A stretch of DNA of 64,000 nt from Longimicrobiales bacterium (GTDB lineage Bacteria; Gemmatimonadota; Gemmatimonadetes; Longimicrobiales; Gaopeijiaceae), in the NCBI GenBank assembly GCA_965248195.1, contig CBDFIQ010000002.1, forward strand, positions 608,001-672,000, read 5' to 3'. The notes under the pieces were generated by a model. The model worked only from the letters and a program-made list of their open reading frames with translations. It searched no databases and had not been told where the DNA came from. Positions 1-10,006 of the stretch are shown piece by piece. Numbering within the stretch: position 1 is the first letter of the stretch; each line of letters opens with the position of its first letter. The position numbers and the translations under genes were made by a program.

Positions 1-1114
1 CTTCCGACACCAAGGGATGTACGAACCGATATACGATGTGGGTTCCGTCGGCCGCTTCCTCGATGAGCTGCCTTGTCCGCAGTTGATCCAGGCCCGCCAG
101 AATGTCGGCCTCGGACTGCTCGACTACCGTGTTGAGGAGTCCGTGGTCTACCCTGGTGCCCGCCACCGCCAGGAGGTTCGCGACCTCTCGAGCCGCGGAG
201 CTCAACTCGCCGAAGCGGGCGGAGACCGCCTCGGTGACCGATGCCGGGAGGTCCAGATCCACCACCTCCCACCCCAACCACCGTCCGTCCTGCACGAAGA
301 GCTTTCCGGAATCCACGAGTGATTTGAGGATCTCCTCGACGAAGTAGGGATTCCCTCCTGTGCGTTCATGAACCTGCCGCGCCAACGGCTCCGCGATGCC
401 CGGGTCAGTTTGAAACGTACGGAGAACCAAATCCACGGTTTCGTCGGCGGAGAGCGGCACGACGTCCAATGCCTCCGAGCCCGAAACAGACAGCAGCGGT
501 CGCTCCATCTCTTGGAACGAGGGATTGTGAACGAGGTCCTCCGTGTTGTACACGCCAAGGAGCACGAGGGGAACATCCGCAAGTTGCCGCGAAACGAAGT
601 GAAACAGGTCCAGACCTGAGGGATCGCTCCAGTGGAGGTCGTCGAGTACGACCAGAAGTGGAGTCCTCTTGCTCAGCCCCCGTAGCAATTCGGTGAAATT
701 CCAATGGATCTGTGTGCGAAGCTCCCCGGAATCGGTCGAGGCAAAGACAGAATCCGGGGTGCCTCCGCTACGCAGCCCGGGTACTACGATCGAGAGTTCT
801 TCTTCTCCGCCTCGGGTCAACACGGACAACGTGGCGTCGTCCATGCCCCGCAGCATCGGGAAAAAGGCGTTGGACCAGAGCCCGTAGGGCACCCCGGTGT
901 CCATTCGATACGCCTGACCGGTTACGGTCTCGAAGCCGGACCGGGTCGCTTCTTCGGCGACAGCCGATGCCAGGCGAGACTTGCCCGTGCCCGTGTCGCC
1001 TTTGAGAAAGATCGCCGCTCCCGATCCTGCCTTGGCCGAGGATAGGGCTGTGGTGAGGATGTCGAGCTCGTGCGCTCGGCCCACGAGTGGTAGTGATGGT
1101 AGGATGTTCGACAT
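1..1114 (-). CDS. AAA_16-type ATPase (STAND/LuxR-like regulator), 5' part only; runs off the left edge
   Basis: Not in the ORF track. Manual translation from ATG 1114 gives MSNILPSLPLVGRAHELDIL...IFLKGDTGTGKSRLA (VGR motif, Walker A). The same frame at the left edge reads YRFVHPLVSE. Confidence 0.85.
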   Translation of the reverse strand, partial: MSNILPSLPLVGRAHELDILTTALSSAKAGSGAAIFLKGDTGTGKSRLASAVAEEATRSGFETVTGQAYRMDTGVPYGLWSNAFFPMLRGMDDATLSVLTRGGEEELSIVVPGLRSGGTPDSVFASTDSGELRTQIHWNFTELLRGLSKRTPLLVVLDDLHWSDPSGLDLFHFVSRQLADVPLVLLGVYNTEDLVHNPSFQEMERPLLSVSGSEALDVVPLSADETVDLVLRTFQTDPGIAEPLARQVHERTGGNPYFVEEILKSLVDSGKLFVQDGRWLGWEVVDLDLPASVTEAVSARFGELSSAAREVANLLAVAGTRVDHGLLNTVVEQSEADILAGLDQLRTRQLIEEAADGTHIVYRFVHPLVSE

Positions 1115-1399
1115 TTGTGTGTTAGATGGTTCGAGGGTTTCTCAAGGTTCCTTGGGAGGGGCTCGGGCACAAGTGGCTTGTCGGTTGCGGGTGTGTGAAA
1201 GGCGCACCGGCTGCCTGGCCAGCCGATGCCCACCGAGGACGGGGACTAGGCCGCACTGGATTTTTCCTCGATGCATCGCCACCCTCATGCAAACGCTCCC
1301 ACCTCGAAGCTCCCATTTCGAGAGCAGTCGGAAAGGACGTGAGTAACCGTCCCTTCCCTTCGGATCGGGACCCGTTCTGTTGAAGGATGACACCGGAGG

Positions 1400-2924
1400 A
1401 TGTTGCCGATGCGTAGTCCGATGCGTAGTCCGACGCGTGGTTCGATGCGTAGTCCGAGGGGTAGTTCCACGGACGAAGCCGTGGAGCGCGTTCGATTGGC
1501 GCCGGGCTTCACGGTGTCGCGGGTCTCCACCGGACTTGGGCAAATTGCGGACATGGAGCGAGACGGGGATCCGCTTGATCCCGACAGGACGTCGGCTGCT
1601 CTGGGTCGTTATCTCGATGCGGGCTTTACCACCTTCGCGATGGCGGACGACAACGGCTCCGCCGAAGTGATCGCCGGCCGATTCCAGGGGAGTCACCCGG
1701 GGTGGCGAGGCACAACTTCTTACCACTTGGGTGCCTGAGCCCGGGCCGTTCACGTTCGAGGATGTTCGTGCCGCCGTCCAACGATCTCTGGACCGCTTGG
1801 GAACCGACCGGATCCACCTTTTTCAGTTCGATGCATGGAGTTATGCGGACGCGACTTGGCTCGATTGCCTCTTCTGGCTTCAGGACCTGAAAGAGGAGGG
1901 GCTCATCGGCCATCTCGGACTCGTGAACTTCGATGCTGCCCATCTCCGCATCGCCTTGACAAGTGGCATCGACATCGTGTCCAACCAGGTTTCCTACTCC
2001 CTTATCGATCAGAGGGCCCGAGGCGGTATGGCCGATCTCTGTCTCGAGCACGGTATAAAACTTTTGGTGATCGGAACGCTGGCCGGAGGCTTGCTCACGG
2101 ACCGCTGGCTGGGGGAGCCCAGGCCCGAGCTGGCGGATTTGACCACCCGGTCGGAGGCGAAGTACTGGCGCTTCATCCAAGCAGCAGGTGGATGGGAGGC
2201 GTTCCAGCACATCCTCGAGTGTTTGGCGGGCGTGGCGAAGAAGCACAAGGTCTCCATTGCCAACGTCGCGTGTCGCTACATGCTCGACCTGCCTGCCGTG
2301 GGTGCGGTCATCATCGGAGCGCGGGTCGGGGAAAAGGAGCACATTCCGGACAACCTGAGAGTCTTCGGGTTTTCGCTCACGAAGAAAGATCGATCGGACA
2401 TCGAGTACGCTCTGACCAGACTCGATCCCCTCCCCGGCGACTGCGGGGACGAATATCGCAAGGCCCCGTTCCTTACGGCGACGGGTGACCCGGGGCGTAA
2501 CCTCGACGCCTTCCCTCGACCGTACGAGACGAAACGGAGCCGCAATCGTCGGGCCCTGGTTCTCACGGGCACGGCGTGGGAAGAGACTGCGGGGTTCAGT
2601 CGCGCGGTGCGCCACCGCGATCACGTGTGGATTTCGGGCACGACCGCGACGCACCGGTCACGCGTGATCGGCGGGACGGACCCTGAAGCGCAGGCGCACT
2701 TCGCGATCGACAGGATAGAGGGGGCGCTCCAGTCCGTTGGAGCATGTCTCGAGGACGTGGTCCGTACCCGGGTGTATATTCGAGATACCTCCATGTGGGA
2801 GGCTGTAGCCCGGGTACACGGAGAGCGGTTTGGTCACATCCTCCCTGCAAATACGATGATTCAGTCGGGTCTCATCGGAGATGAATACCTGGTCGAGATC
2901 GAAGCGGAGGCCATGGTAGCATGA
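1400..2924 (+). pseudogene. Aldo/keto reductase-like domain fused to a C-terminal Rid (YjgF/RidA family) domain; frameshifted near 1687-1702
   Basis: ORF 1400-1738 carries the AKR N-terminus (GFTTFAMADDNGSAE) and ORF 1731-2924 the rest (RSLDRLGTD, SNQVSYSL) plus the Rid domain (GFSRAVR, SGTT, LVEIEA). Removing one G from a GGGG run joins them. Start codon uncertain. Confidence 0.75.
1406..1465 (+). repeat. 12-bp tandem repeat x5 (ccgatgcgtagt consensus)
   Basis: Units at 1406, 1418, 1430, 1442 and 1454, with 0-2 mismatches each. Confidence 0.9.
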
Positions 2925-3445
2925 TTACGATCACCAGTTACCACGAGGATTGGCCCAAGCGGTTTGGGGAAATCCGAGACTGCCTGCGCTCCGAGATGGC
3001 GGGTGAGGGTGGGGCCTTCGAGGTCGAGCATTTCGGGAGCACCGCCGTCCTGGGACTCGTGGCGAGGCCGTTGCTCGATCTTTGTGTGGTCGTTGCCGAC
3101 GAGTCTGACTTGCCCGCCCTCCTGGGCGGGCTCGACCGGTTGGGCTACGTCTACGAACCGGCTCAACGTGTGCCGGGGCTAGAGACCTTCCGGCGCAAGG
3201 GGCCGGATGTGCCATTTCTCGCGCACAAGAGGGACTTCTCGCCGCATCATCTCTACGCGTCAGTCAAGGGTGCTCCCGACCTTGGCCGACACCTGGCGTT
3301 CCGCGACCAGCTCAAGCACGACTCCAATGACAGAGCCGCTTACGCGAAGCTGAAAATCGATCTCGCTCCGCACGCCGATGCCGCCGGATACATACGGGCG
3401 AAGACCGAGTTCATCCAGTCCGTATTGGCCCGGATGGGCGGGTAG
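2921..3445 (+). CDS. GrpB family (UPF0157) protein
   Basis: YHEDWPKRF, EHFGSTAVLGL, HLAFRDQL, YAKLK; ATGA overlap with the upstream stop. Confidence 0.85.
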   Translation: MITITSYHEDWPKRFGEIRDCLRSEMAGEGGAFEVEHFGSTAVLGLVARPLLDLCVVVADESDLPALLGGLDRLGYVYEPAQRVPGLETFRRKGPDVPFLAHKRDFSPHHLYASVKGAPDLGRHLAFRDQLKHDSNDRAAYAKLKIDLAPHADAAGYIRAKTEFIQSVLARMGG

Positions 3446-3475
3446 CCCCCTCCGGATGGGCCGATAGGCCTTCTT

Positions 3476-4174
3476 CTAGGGGACGTCGAGAAGTTCGATC
3501 TCGAAGATCAGCGTAGCGTTGGGTCCGATGTCCCTTCCGGTTCCCTGGGGCCCATATGCCAGGTCGGAGGGAATGACGAAGCGGTAGTGGCTCCCCACGG
3601 TCATCAGTTGAAGGCCCTCGCTGAATCCAGGAATGACCCCCGTGACGCCGAATTGGGCGGGCGCGTTCCGCGAATAGGAGCTGTCGAACTCCGTTCCGTC
3701 GATGAGGGTCCCGCGGTAGTGAATCGAAACCTGATCAGCGGGTGCGGGCTGAGCGCCACCTGCCTCCCCCTCCCGAAGGACTTCGAACTGGAGCCCGCTG
3801 GCGGTAGTCGTCACGCCATCCTTTTCCGCGTTCGATGCGAGATAGGCCTCGCCTTCCACCCTATTGCTTTCCGTCATGGCCTCGAACTCCGCGTTTTGTT
3901 CTTCCCGGATCAGTGTCCCCACACGCTGCGTCACTTCGGCCAGTTGCTCGGGGGGGATCGCCGGATCGCGCCCGTCGAGGGCATCCTCGATGCCGCGAAG
4001 GAGGGCAGCCCGGTCGAGATGAGTCACGGTGGGCTCTAGGGAACGGCCGATATCCAGTCCGAAGCCGTAGCTCGCGATTTCGTCATCGGTCTCGAGGGAA
4101 GCCGTGCCGCCGGCCTGGCAGGCGGTCAGGGCCGTCAGGGCGAAGATCGCTGTCCATTTGCCACGGAGTCGCAT
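3476..4174 (-). CDS. FKBP-type peptidyl-prolyl isomerase with FKBP_N domain, lipoprotein
   Basis: LTAC lipobox; SGLQFEVL, HYRGTLIDGTEFDSS, VIPGFSEGL, IPSDLAYG. Confidence 0.95.
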   Translation of the reverse strand: MRLRGKWTAIFALTALTACQAGGTASLETDDEIASYGFGLDIGRSLEPTVTHLDRAALLRGIEDALDGRDPAIPPEQLAEVTQRVGTLIREEQNAEFEAMTESNRVEGEAYLASNAEKDGVTTTASGLQFEVLREGEAGGAQPAPADQVSIHYRGTLIDGTEFDSSYSRNAPAQFGVTGVIPGFSEGLQLMTVGSHYRFVIPSDLAYGPQGTGRDIGPNATLIFEIELLDVP

Positions 4175-4270
4175 GTGTCATCCTTATGGTGGGTCGAGAT
4201 GGTGGGTCCAGGTTCGGAAAGGTCGAATCTACCGTGGATGCGGTGGATGTCCAACGGGCTCAAAAGGCCT

Positions 4271-4623
4271 CTATCGCCTCGTCACCGCTCCCGACCCGCT
4301 GGTGGCGTCGGCCACGGCCGCGGAAAACGAGTCAAAGGCCTCCGCCGGGACGGCGCCCCGGAACTCAACCCGTTCACCGTATGCCTCGGCTTCCACCACG
4401 ACCTCCATCTCCGTCATGATGCGGTGGAGGTCGTTAACGTGCCCGCGGCGAAGGCCCAGCAGTTATGGGTGGCGTCGGGGAACTCGTCTCGGATCTGCCT
4501 CACGAATTCATGGGCCACGGCCGCCCTGGGCGCGTGTGAAAGAGTGGTGATGAACCGGCTCCGTTGGATCGTCTCCTGCGCGCGGTGCACCCCGGCGGGA
4601 ATCGGATAGCGCGATTCACTCAC
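4271..4623 (-). pseudogene. yigZ: yigZ (IMPACT family) pseudogene with an internal deletion
   Basis: N-terminus IQRSRFI...DATHNCWAF, then in another frame a DUF1949-like C-terminus (HVNDLHRIM...AYGERVEF...VADATSG) ending TAG at 4271. The central DDGEP/RYFGG core is absent. Confidence 0.75.
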
Positions 4624-4632
4624 CGGACGTTG

Positions 4633-6150
4633 CTACTCCACGTGGCCCATCATTTTATTCACCCCTGGGCTCATGAGAAGAGCGACAATGCTCGCCGCCG
4701 CGAGAAGCGTTGCGACCGTACGGAAAAGGGCGAAGGGGGCGAGGGTTTCGAGGCTGCCCGCGACCAGTCCCGCGACCAGGGTCCCCAGGGCGGTTGCCAC
4801 GAACCAGATGCCCATCATCTGACCCACCCGGCCTTTGGGGGCCAACTTGGTGATGGACGACAATCCTACGGGGGACAGCGCGAGCTCTCCCATGGTGTGG
4901 AGGAAATACATCACGACCAGCCAGGCTGGAGAGACCGGCGTCGCGGCCGTGGCGTTCGCCGCCCCCCAAGCGATGACGAAGAATCCCGCCGCCAGGCCGA
5001 TGAGGCCGAACGCGAATTTCAGTGGGATCGACGGGTTGGCGTTCCGCGAGGAGAGCCATACCCAAAGGGACGCAAAAATGGGGGCGAAGATGATGATCAA
5101 GCCGGCGTTCACGGATTGGAGGAAGCCCGCCGGCATGAGCCAGCCGAAGATGTTGCGGTCGGTGAGATCCTGCGCAAACAAGTTCAGGGACGAGCCGGCC
5201 TGCTCGAACCCCGACCAGAAGATCGCCGCGAAAACGAACAGCCAGAGGATGACGAGCAGGCGTTTCTTCTCCTCCCGCGTATGGCCCCCCAGGATGAGAA
5301 CGTACGCAAAATAGATCAGCACGATGAGCAGGATGCTGCTGCCGAGCGCGGTCGCGATCTGCGTGAGCGTCAGTGGGATGACTCCTTGAGCCACCAGCCA
5401 CCCGAAGAGCACGATGGCGGCGGCGATTCCGAAAAAGCCGCCGAAGAACCACTGGGCCTTGTTGGCGAGCTCGGCCCTGGTGTCGTTGGTCTTGAGGTGC
5501 CCGGCGTCGCCCAGCAGACCCGCGCCCCGCTTATACTGGATGAGCCCGAGTACCATGCCGAAGCCCGCGGCGGAGAATCCCCAGTGCCAGTTGTACGTCT
5601 CCCCGAGAAATGAGCAGAGGAGCGGGCCTACGAGCGCGCCGAGGTTGATCCCCATGTAGAAAATCGAGAAGCCGGCGTCACGCGCTGCCCCACCTTGGGG
5701 GTAGAGATCCGCGACCATCGTGCTGACGTTGGGCTTCAGTAGGCCGGTCCCCAAGACGATGAGCACGAGACCGGCATAGAAGGTCGTCGTCGTGGGAGTG
5801 GCCATGCTGAAGTGGCCCGCCGCGATGATCCAACCCCCGACGTATACCGCTTTGCGTTGCCCCCATAGGTTGTCGGCCACCCAGCCGCCAGGCAGGGACA
5901 GCAGGTATACGAGGCCCGTATACAATCCGTAGATGGCTGCCGCCGTGCCCACGTTGAGTTCGAGTCCGGGATTCTCTCCGGTGCTGGCCGCCGTCATGAA
6001 AAGGATGAGGAGCGCCCGCATTCCGTAGTAGGAAAAGCGCTCCCACATCTCCGTGAAGAACAGGGTGGCGAGCCCTCTCGGCTGTCCGAAGAACGTTTTC
6101 CCGCCCGTCGATTGAGCCAGAGGTGCCGCGTACTCGGAGGTCGTACTCAA
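4633..6150 (-). CDS. POT/PTR family proton-dependent oligopeptide transporter
   Basis: FFTEMWERFSYYGMR, GTGLLKPN, FYMGINLG, GELALSP. Confidence 0.97.
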   Translation of the reverse strand: MSTTSEYAAPLAQSTGGKTFFGQPRGLATLFFTEMWERFSYYGMRALLILFMTAASTGENPGLELNVGTAAAIYGLYTGLVYLLSLPGGWVADNLWGQRKAVYVGGWIIAAGHFSMATPTTTTFYAGLVLIVLGTGLLKPNVSTMVADLYPQGGAARDAGFSIFYMGINLGALVGPLLCSFLGETYNWHWGFSAAGFGMVLGLIQYKRGAGLLGDAGHLKTNDTRAELANKAQWFFGGFFGIAAAIVLFGWLVAQGVIPLTLTQIATALGSSILLIVLIYFAYVLILGGHTREEKKRLLVILWLFVFAAIFWSGFEQAGSSLNLFAQDLTDRNIFGWLMPAGFLQSVNAGLIIIFAPIFASLWVWLSSRNANPSIPLKFAFGLIGLAAGFFVIAWGAANATAATPVSPAWLVVMYFLHTMGELALSPVGLSSITKLAPKGRVGQMMGIWFVATALGTLVAGLVAGSLETLAPFALFRTVATLLAAASIVALLMSPGVNKMMGHVE

Positions 6151-6258
6151 AACCGCTCCAGGTCTGTGGGCCGATATCGCTTTTCCCGGTGGAATGCTCT
6201 CTATCTCGGGGTTCTCGTCGTCGCTGGCAAGGGCAGATCTCGGCGTCGACGATTTTTT

Positions 6259-6288
6259 TTGACAAGGACCGCGAACATTCCCTACTCT
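6259..6288 (+). promoter_or_regulatory. Putative sigma70 promoter
   Basis: TTGACA-18 bp-TACTCT upstream of ATG 6372. Confidence 0.5.
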
Positions 6289-6371
6289 TAGCCATTCCCC
6301 AGAGTTGATATTACGCGCTTACGGCCGGCGTGAAGGTCCGGTTGTCCGCGCATCTGAAGGAGCGGCATACG

Positions 6372-7832
6372 ATGAAGATCACAACGAAGATCGAACTGGG
6401 ATCGGCCCCGCGAGGCGTGCTGGCTACCCTGGCGTTCGTCGCCCTACTGGTGCCGGGCAGCCTTGGTGCCCAGGAGGCGTCCCACGCCGACGTGACCTTC
6501 ACGCGCGACATCGCGCCCATTCTCCAGCGAAGCTGCCAGACCTGCCACCGGGAGGGTGGCGTCGCACCGATGACCCTCGTGACCTACCAGCAGGTGCGCC
6601 GTTACTCGAGCAGGATCGTATATAAGACGGGCCTCCGTGACGTGGCTGGAGCCATGCCGCCCTGGTACGTGGAAAAGGACATCGGGATCCAGCACTTCAA
6701 GAATGACCCGTCGCTGAACGACGAAGAGCTAGCCCAGATCGCGGCGTGGGTGGAGAACGGGATGCCCGAAGGGAACCCGGCAGACATGCCTCCGCCGAGG
6801 GTATTCCCCAACGACGACGTTTGGATCGCCGGTGAGCCGGACCTGATCGTCAAGACGAACGAGATCTTCGTCGAGGGTGGCTCGCCCGACTGGTGGGGCG
6901 AGATCGAGAGTGTGCCGGTCGGGCTTACCGAGGATCGTTATGTGGCCTCGGTGGAGATCAAGGAGGTCAACGACGTCGACAACCGCAGCGGGAACGACGA
7001 CCGGCAGACGGTTGGCCGACGCTACGTCTTCCATCACATGATCTGGAGCACCCGGGTCCTCGATGAGGGCGAGGACAGTGGACAGTTCGCCGAGAGAGGT
7101 GAGGACGCCGTGGGTTGGCCCGTCCACGAGGTCGGCCGTAATCCGGACATGTTCGCGCCCGAAGCAGGCCGGCTTCTCAGGGCGGGCTCGAGTGTCGTAT
7201 CCAACTCGATTCACTTGCACTCGAACGGCCAAGACACACGTGCCCACCTCGAGATCGGGTTCCGGTTCCATCCGAAGGGCTACGAGCCGGACTACCCGCG
7301 GGCGAGCTTGGGACTCGGAAACGGGGTCGACATCGACATCAGAGGAAACGAAAAGGATCAGGAGCTCCACGCCTACCGAACGCTGAGCGAGCATACCAAG
7401 ATTGTCACCTTCGAACCCCACCTGCACGCGCCGGGTGCCCGCATGTGCCTGGAGGCCATCTGGGGCTACAGTGTCGAAACGCTCTCATGCGTGGGTTACG
7501 ACCACAACTGGGTGCGGGGCTACGCGTATGCCGACGACGCGGCACCGCTTCTGCCGAAAGGCACCATTCTCCACATCACTGGCTATATGGACACCACGGA
7601 GGAGAACATCAACGTGCCGGATTCCAGAAACTGGCAGGGATCGGGCAATCGGTCCGTCACCAACATGTTCATCGACCTCGGGATGCGGGTCTCGATGACG
7701 GACGAACAGTTCATCGGGGAGATGGCGAAGCGGAGAGAGGTTCTCAATCTGACGGCGAACGATCATGTGATCGGGTGTCCGCTTTGTACGGTCCTGCCGG
7801 AGGAGCCGGCGGAAGAGGAGGGTAGCCGGTGA
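6372..7832 (+). CDS. Secreted cytochrome c / Cu type II monooxygenase (PHM)-like protein
   Basis: Signal peptide; CQTCH heme motif; MPPW; FHHM, IHLH and PHLH His clusters; RBS aaggag. Confidence 0.65.
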   Translation: MKITTKIELGSAPRGVLATLAFVALLVPGSLGAQEASHADVTFTRDIAPILQRSCQTCHREGGVAPMTLVTYQQVRRYSSRIVYKTGLRDVAGAMPPWYVEKDIGIQHFKNDPSLNDEELAQIAAWVENGMPEGNPADMPPPRVFPNDDVWIAGEPDLIVKTNEIFVEGGSPDWWGEIESVPVGLTEDRYVASVEIKEVNDVDNRSGNDDRQTVGRRYVFHHMIWSTRVLDEGEDSGQFAERGEDAVGWPVHEVGRNPDMFAPEAGRLLRAGSSVVSNSIHLHSNGQDTRAHLEIGFRFHPKGYEPDYPRASLGLGNGVDIDIRGNEKDQELHAYRTLSEHTKIVTFEPHLHAPGARMCLEAIWGYSVETLSCVGYDHNWVRGYAYADDAAPLLPKGTILHITGYMDTTEENINVPDSRNWQGSGNRSVTNMFIDLGMRVSMTDEQFIGEMAKRREVLNLTANDHVIGCPLCTVLPEEPAEEEGSR

Positions 7833-8821
7833 GACGGCTGCTTTTCGTTGCTCTGTTCATGCTGCTGAGCCACCAGAGCCTTGGTGCGCAGCTGAGCTAT
7901 TCTCGGGGCCAGAACGTCTCCCCCGGGTACGAAGGGTGGGAGCAGAACGAGGACGGATCGTTCAGCTTCCTGTTCGGCTACATGAACCGGAACTGGCTCG
8001 AAGAAATCGACGTCCCGGTGGGACCGGACAACACGATCTCGCCCGGCCCGGCCGATCAGGGCCAACCGACCCATTTCTTGCCGCGCCGTAACCGGTTCAT
8101 CTTCAAGGTGCGTGTTCCGGCGGACTTCGGCGATCAAGAGATGGTGTGGACGCTCACGACCCAAGGAATCACAGAGCGCGCGTACGCGTCGCTTCGTACG
8201 GATTACAAGGTCGACAACATGGTGATCGCGTCAGAGACAGGCGCGCTCGGCGCAGGGACGAGTAGCCCCGAGACGAGGTCGAACATGGCGCCGGTCCTCC
8301 GGATCATCGGGGACAGAGAGTTGACCGCTCGGGTCGGCCAACCGCTCACGCTGGCGGCGGAGGTGACCGACGACGGCCTTCCTAGACGGAGGAGACCCCG
8401 CGCGTCGCTTGCTGCTGCGGATTCGACTGATGCTGAGGCGGCCGCCGATAGTACGGAGGGTGCAAGAGGGCCGAAGCTGTCCGCGCGGGCGCTGCGCCCC
8501 CCGTCGAGGGTCACCGTGGGCAAGAGGGTGGGGTTACACCTCTCTTGGTTCGTTTACCGGGGCCCTGAATCCCTCGATCTTGGACATGAGAAGGTGGCCT
8601 TCGATCCCATCCAGGTGAAGGTATGGGAGGATACGCGGGCGGCGGCGAACTCTCCCTGGGGGCCGCTCTGGGTCCCGCCGGAGGTGCCCGAAGACGGGCG
8701 CTGGGAAGTGCAGGTAACCTTCGACGAGCCGGGCAGGTATGTGTTGCGTGCGCGTGCGGACGACGGCGGCCTGTACGCCGATGACGACGTGACCGTACGC
8801 GTGACGTCCCTGATTCCCTGA
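7829..8821 (+). CDS. Secreted hypothetical protein with an Ig/PKD-like C-terminus
   Basis: GTGA coupling; signal peptide; GYEGWEQNEDGSFSFLFGYMNRN; FDEPGRYVLRARADDG. Confidence 0.75.
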   Translation: MRRLLFVALFMLLSHQSLGAQLSYSRGQNVSPGYEGWEQNEDGSFSFLFGYMNRNWLEEIDVPVGPDNTISPGPADQGQPTHFLPRRNRFIFKVRVPADFGDQEMVWTLTTQGITERAYASLRTDYKVDNMVIASETGALGAGTSSPETRSNMAPVLRIIGDRELTARVGQPLTLAAEVTDDGLPRRRRPRASLAAADSTDAEAAADSTEGARGPKLSARALRPPSRVTVGKRVGLHLSWFVYRGPESLDLGHEKVAFDPIQVKVWEDTRAAANSPWGPLWVPPEVPEDGRWEVQVTFDEPGRYVLRARADDGGLYADDDVTVRVTSLIP

Positions 8822-8865
8822 CGAGGGATTCCCTGACCCACTGATCGAGCGTTCCTCCCTCAGGG

Positions 8866-9831
8866 CTAGAAACCGTCGCCGAGGATCGCACGGCCCTCGT
8901 TCGCCGCCTCGACCGAAGTGCGGATGATCTGCCAGCCCTCCCGCACCCGCCTCGCGACGTCCTCACCCGTGCTCGCCGAGATCGCGCAGGCGACATCGTG
9001 TCTGTTGCACGCCGCAAGGATCTGTTGGAAGGCTTCCTCGAGCTCGGGCGCACCTTGAGTGACGCCCAGCGAGCGACTCAGGTCGCCACCGGCGCCCGGG
9101 AAAAGGGCCCCGACGCCCGGAGTGGAAGCGATCGCATCGACGTTCCGCAAGCCTTCGACCGACTCGATCATCATCACGGCCAGCAGGTCCCCGTCGGGAT
9201 TGAGCGGCCACAGGTCGGCTCGCCGAGAATACTCTGCTGAACCCACCCCCCACGCCCACGCCGCGTTGCCGGCGCCCGAGCCCCGGATCCCCTTCGGCTC
9301 GGGATAACGCGAATCCCGAAGCTGTGGATAACGCATGGTGCTGACCGCGAACGCTGCCTGTTCCGGAATGTCCACGCCGTTGAAGATGATCCCGTACAGC
9401 CCGATGTCCAAAGCCTGCTTCACGACCCATTCGGATTCGTGGGGTGGCGGTGCGAAGCGCGCGAACAGTGCGAGGTTGGGCTGCGCGTTCCCCTTCCTGA
9501 GGATCATCTGCTTATCGGCCATCCCCAGGAGAAACATCCTCAAGGCGGGAAAATCCATGGGGCTGTGCTCCATATCCACGTATATGAAGTCTGCCGGTGC
9601 CCGCGCGACCTGGCGCGCGTAAGAGAGGGAGAGGTCCTGCGTGCTGAGTCCGTACACGATCTCGCCCGCTTCGAGCTTGGCGATCACCGGGTTCAGGTGG
9701 ACGCGCTCTTGGGCCGGCACAGCGCACGGAAGCAGGAGGAGCGCGGTCCAGGAGGCGACGCACGAGCTTCTACGGGCACGTGGAATTCGGTCGCACGTCT
9801 GCGGGAACGAAGGGTCGGTCGATCTGCTCAT
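8866..9831 (-). CDS. HpcH/HpaI aldolase/citrate lyase family protein, possibly secreted
   Basis: VDMEHS, KQALDIG, MIESVEG, GDLS. Confidence 0.85.
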   Translation of the reverse strand: MSRSTDPSFPQTCDRIPRARRSSCVASWTALLLLPCAVPAQERVHLNPVIAKLEAGEIVYGLSTQDLSLSYARQVARAPADFIYVDMEHSPMDFPALRMFLLGMADKQMILRKGNAQPNLALFARFAPPPHESEWVVKQALDIGLYGIIFNGVDIPEQAAFAVSTMRYPQLRDSRYPEPKGIRGSGAGNAAWAWGVGSAEYSRRADLWPLNPDGDLLAVMMIESVEGLRNVDAIASTPGVGALFPGAGGDLSRSLGVTQGAPELEEAFQQILAACNRHDVACAISASTGEDVARRVREGWQIIRTSVEAANEGRAILGDGF

Positions 9832-10006
9832 CGCGCCATCTCCTTTTCGCGGCCAGCAAATACGTGTGAAAGCGGATGGGAACGTACGCGCGCCGACGCC
9901 AGTTGGCACGTGCCGACGAGTCCAGTATGGGCGCCCCTATGCCGCCCTAGAAGACTGATCGGAAAGGTGGTTTTCCGAGTCCGGGATGTTACGGAGGCCG
10001 GGCGAG

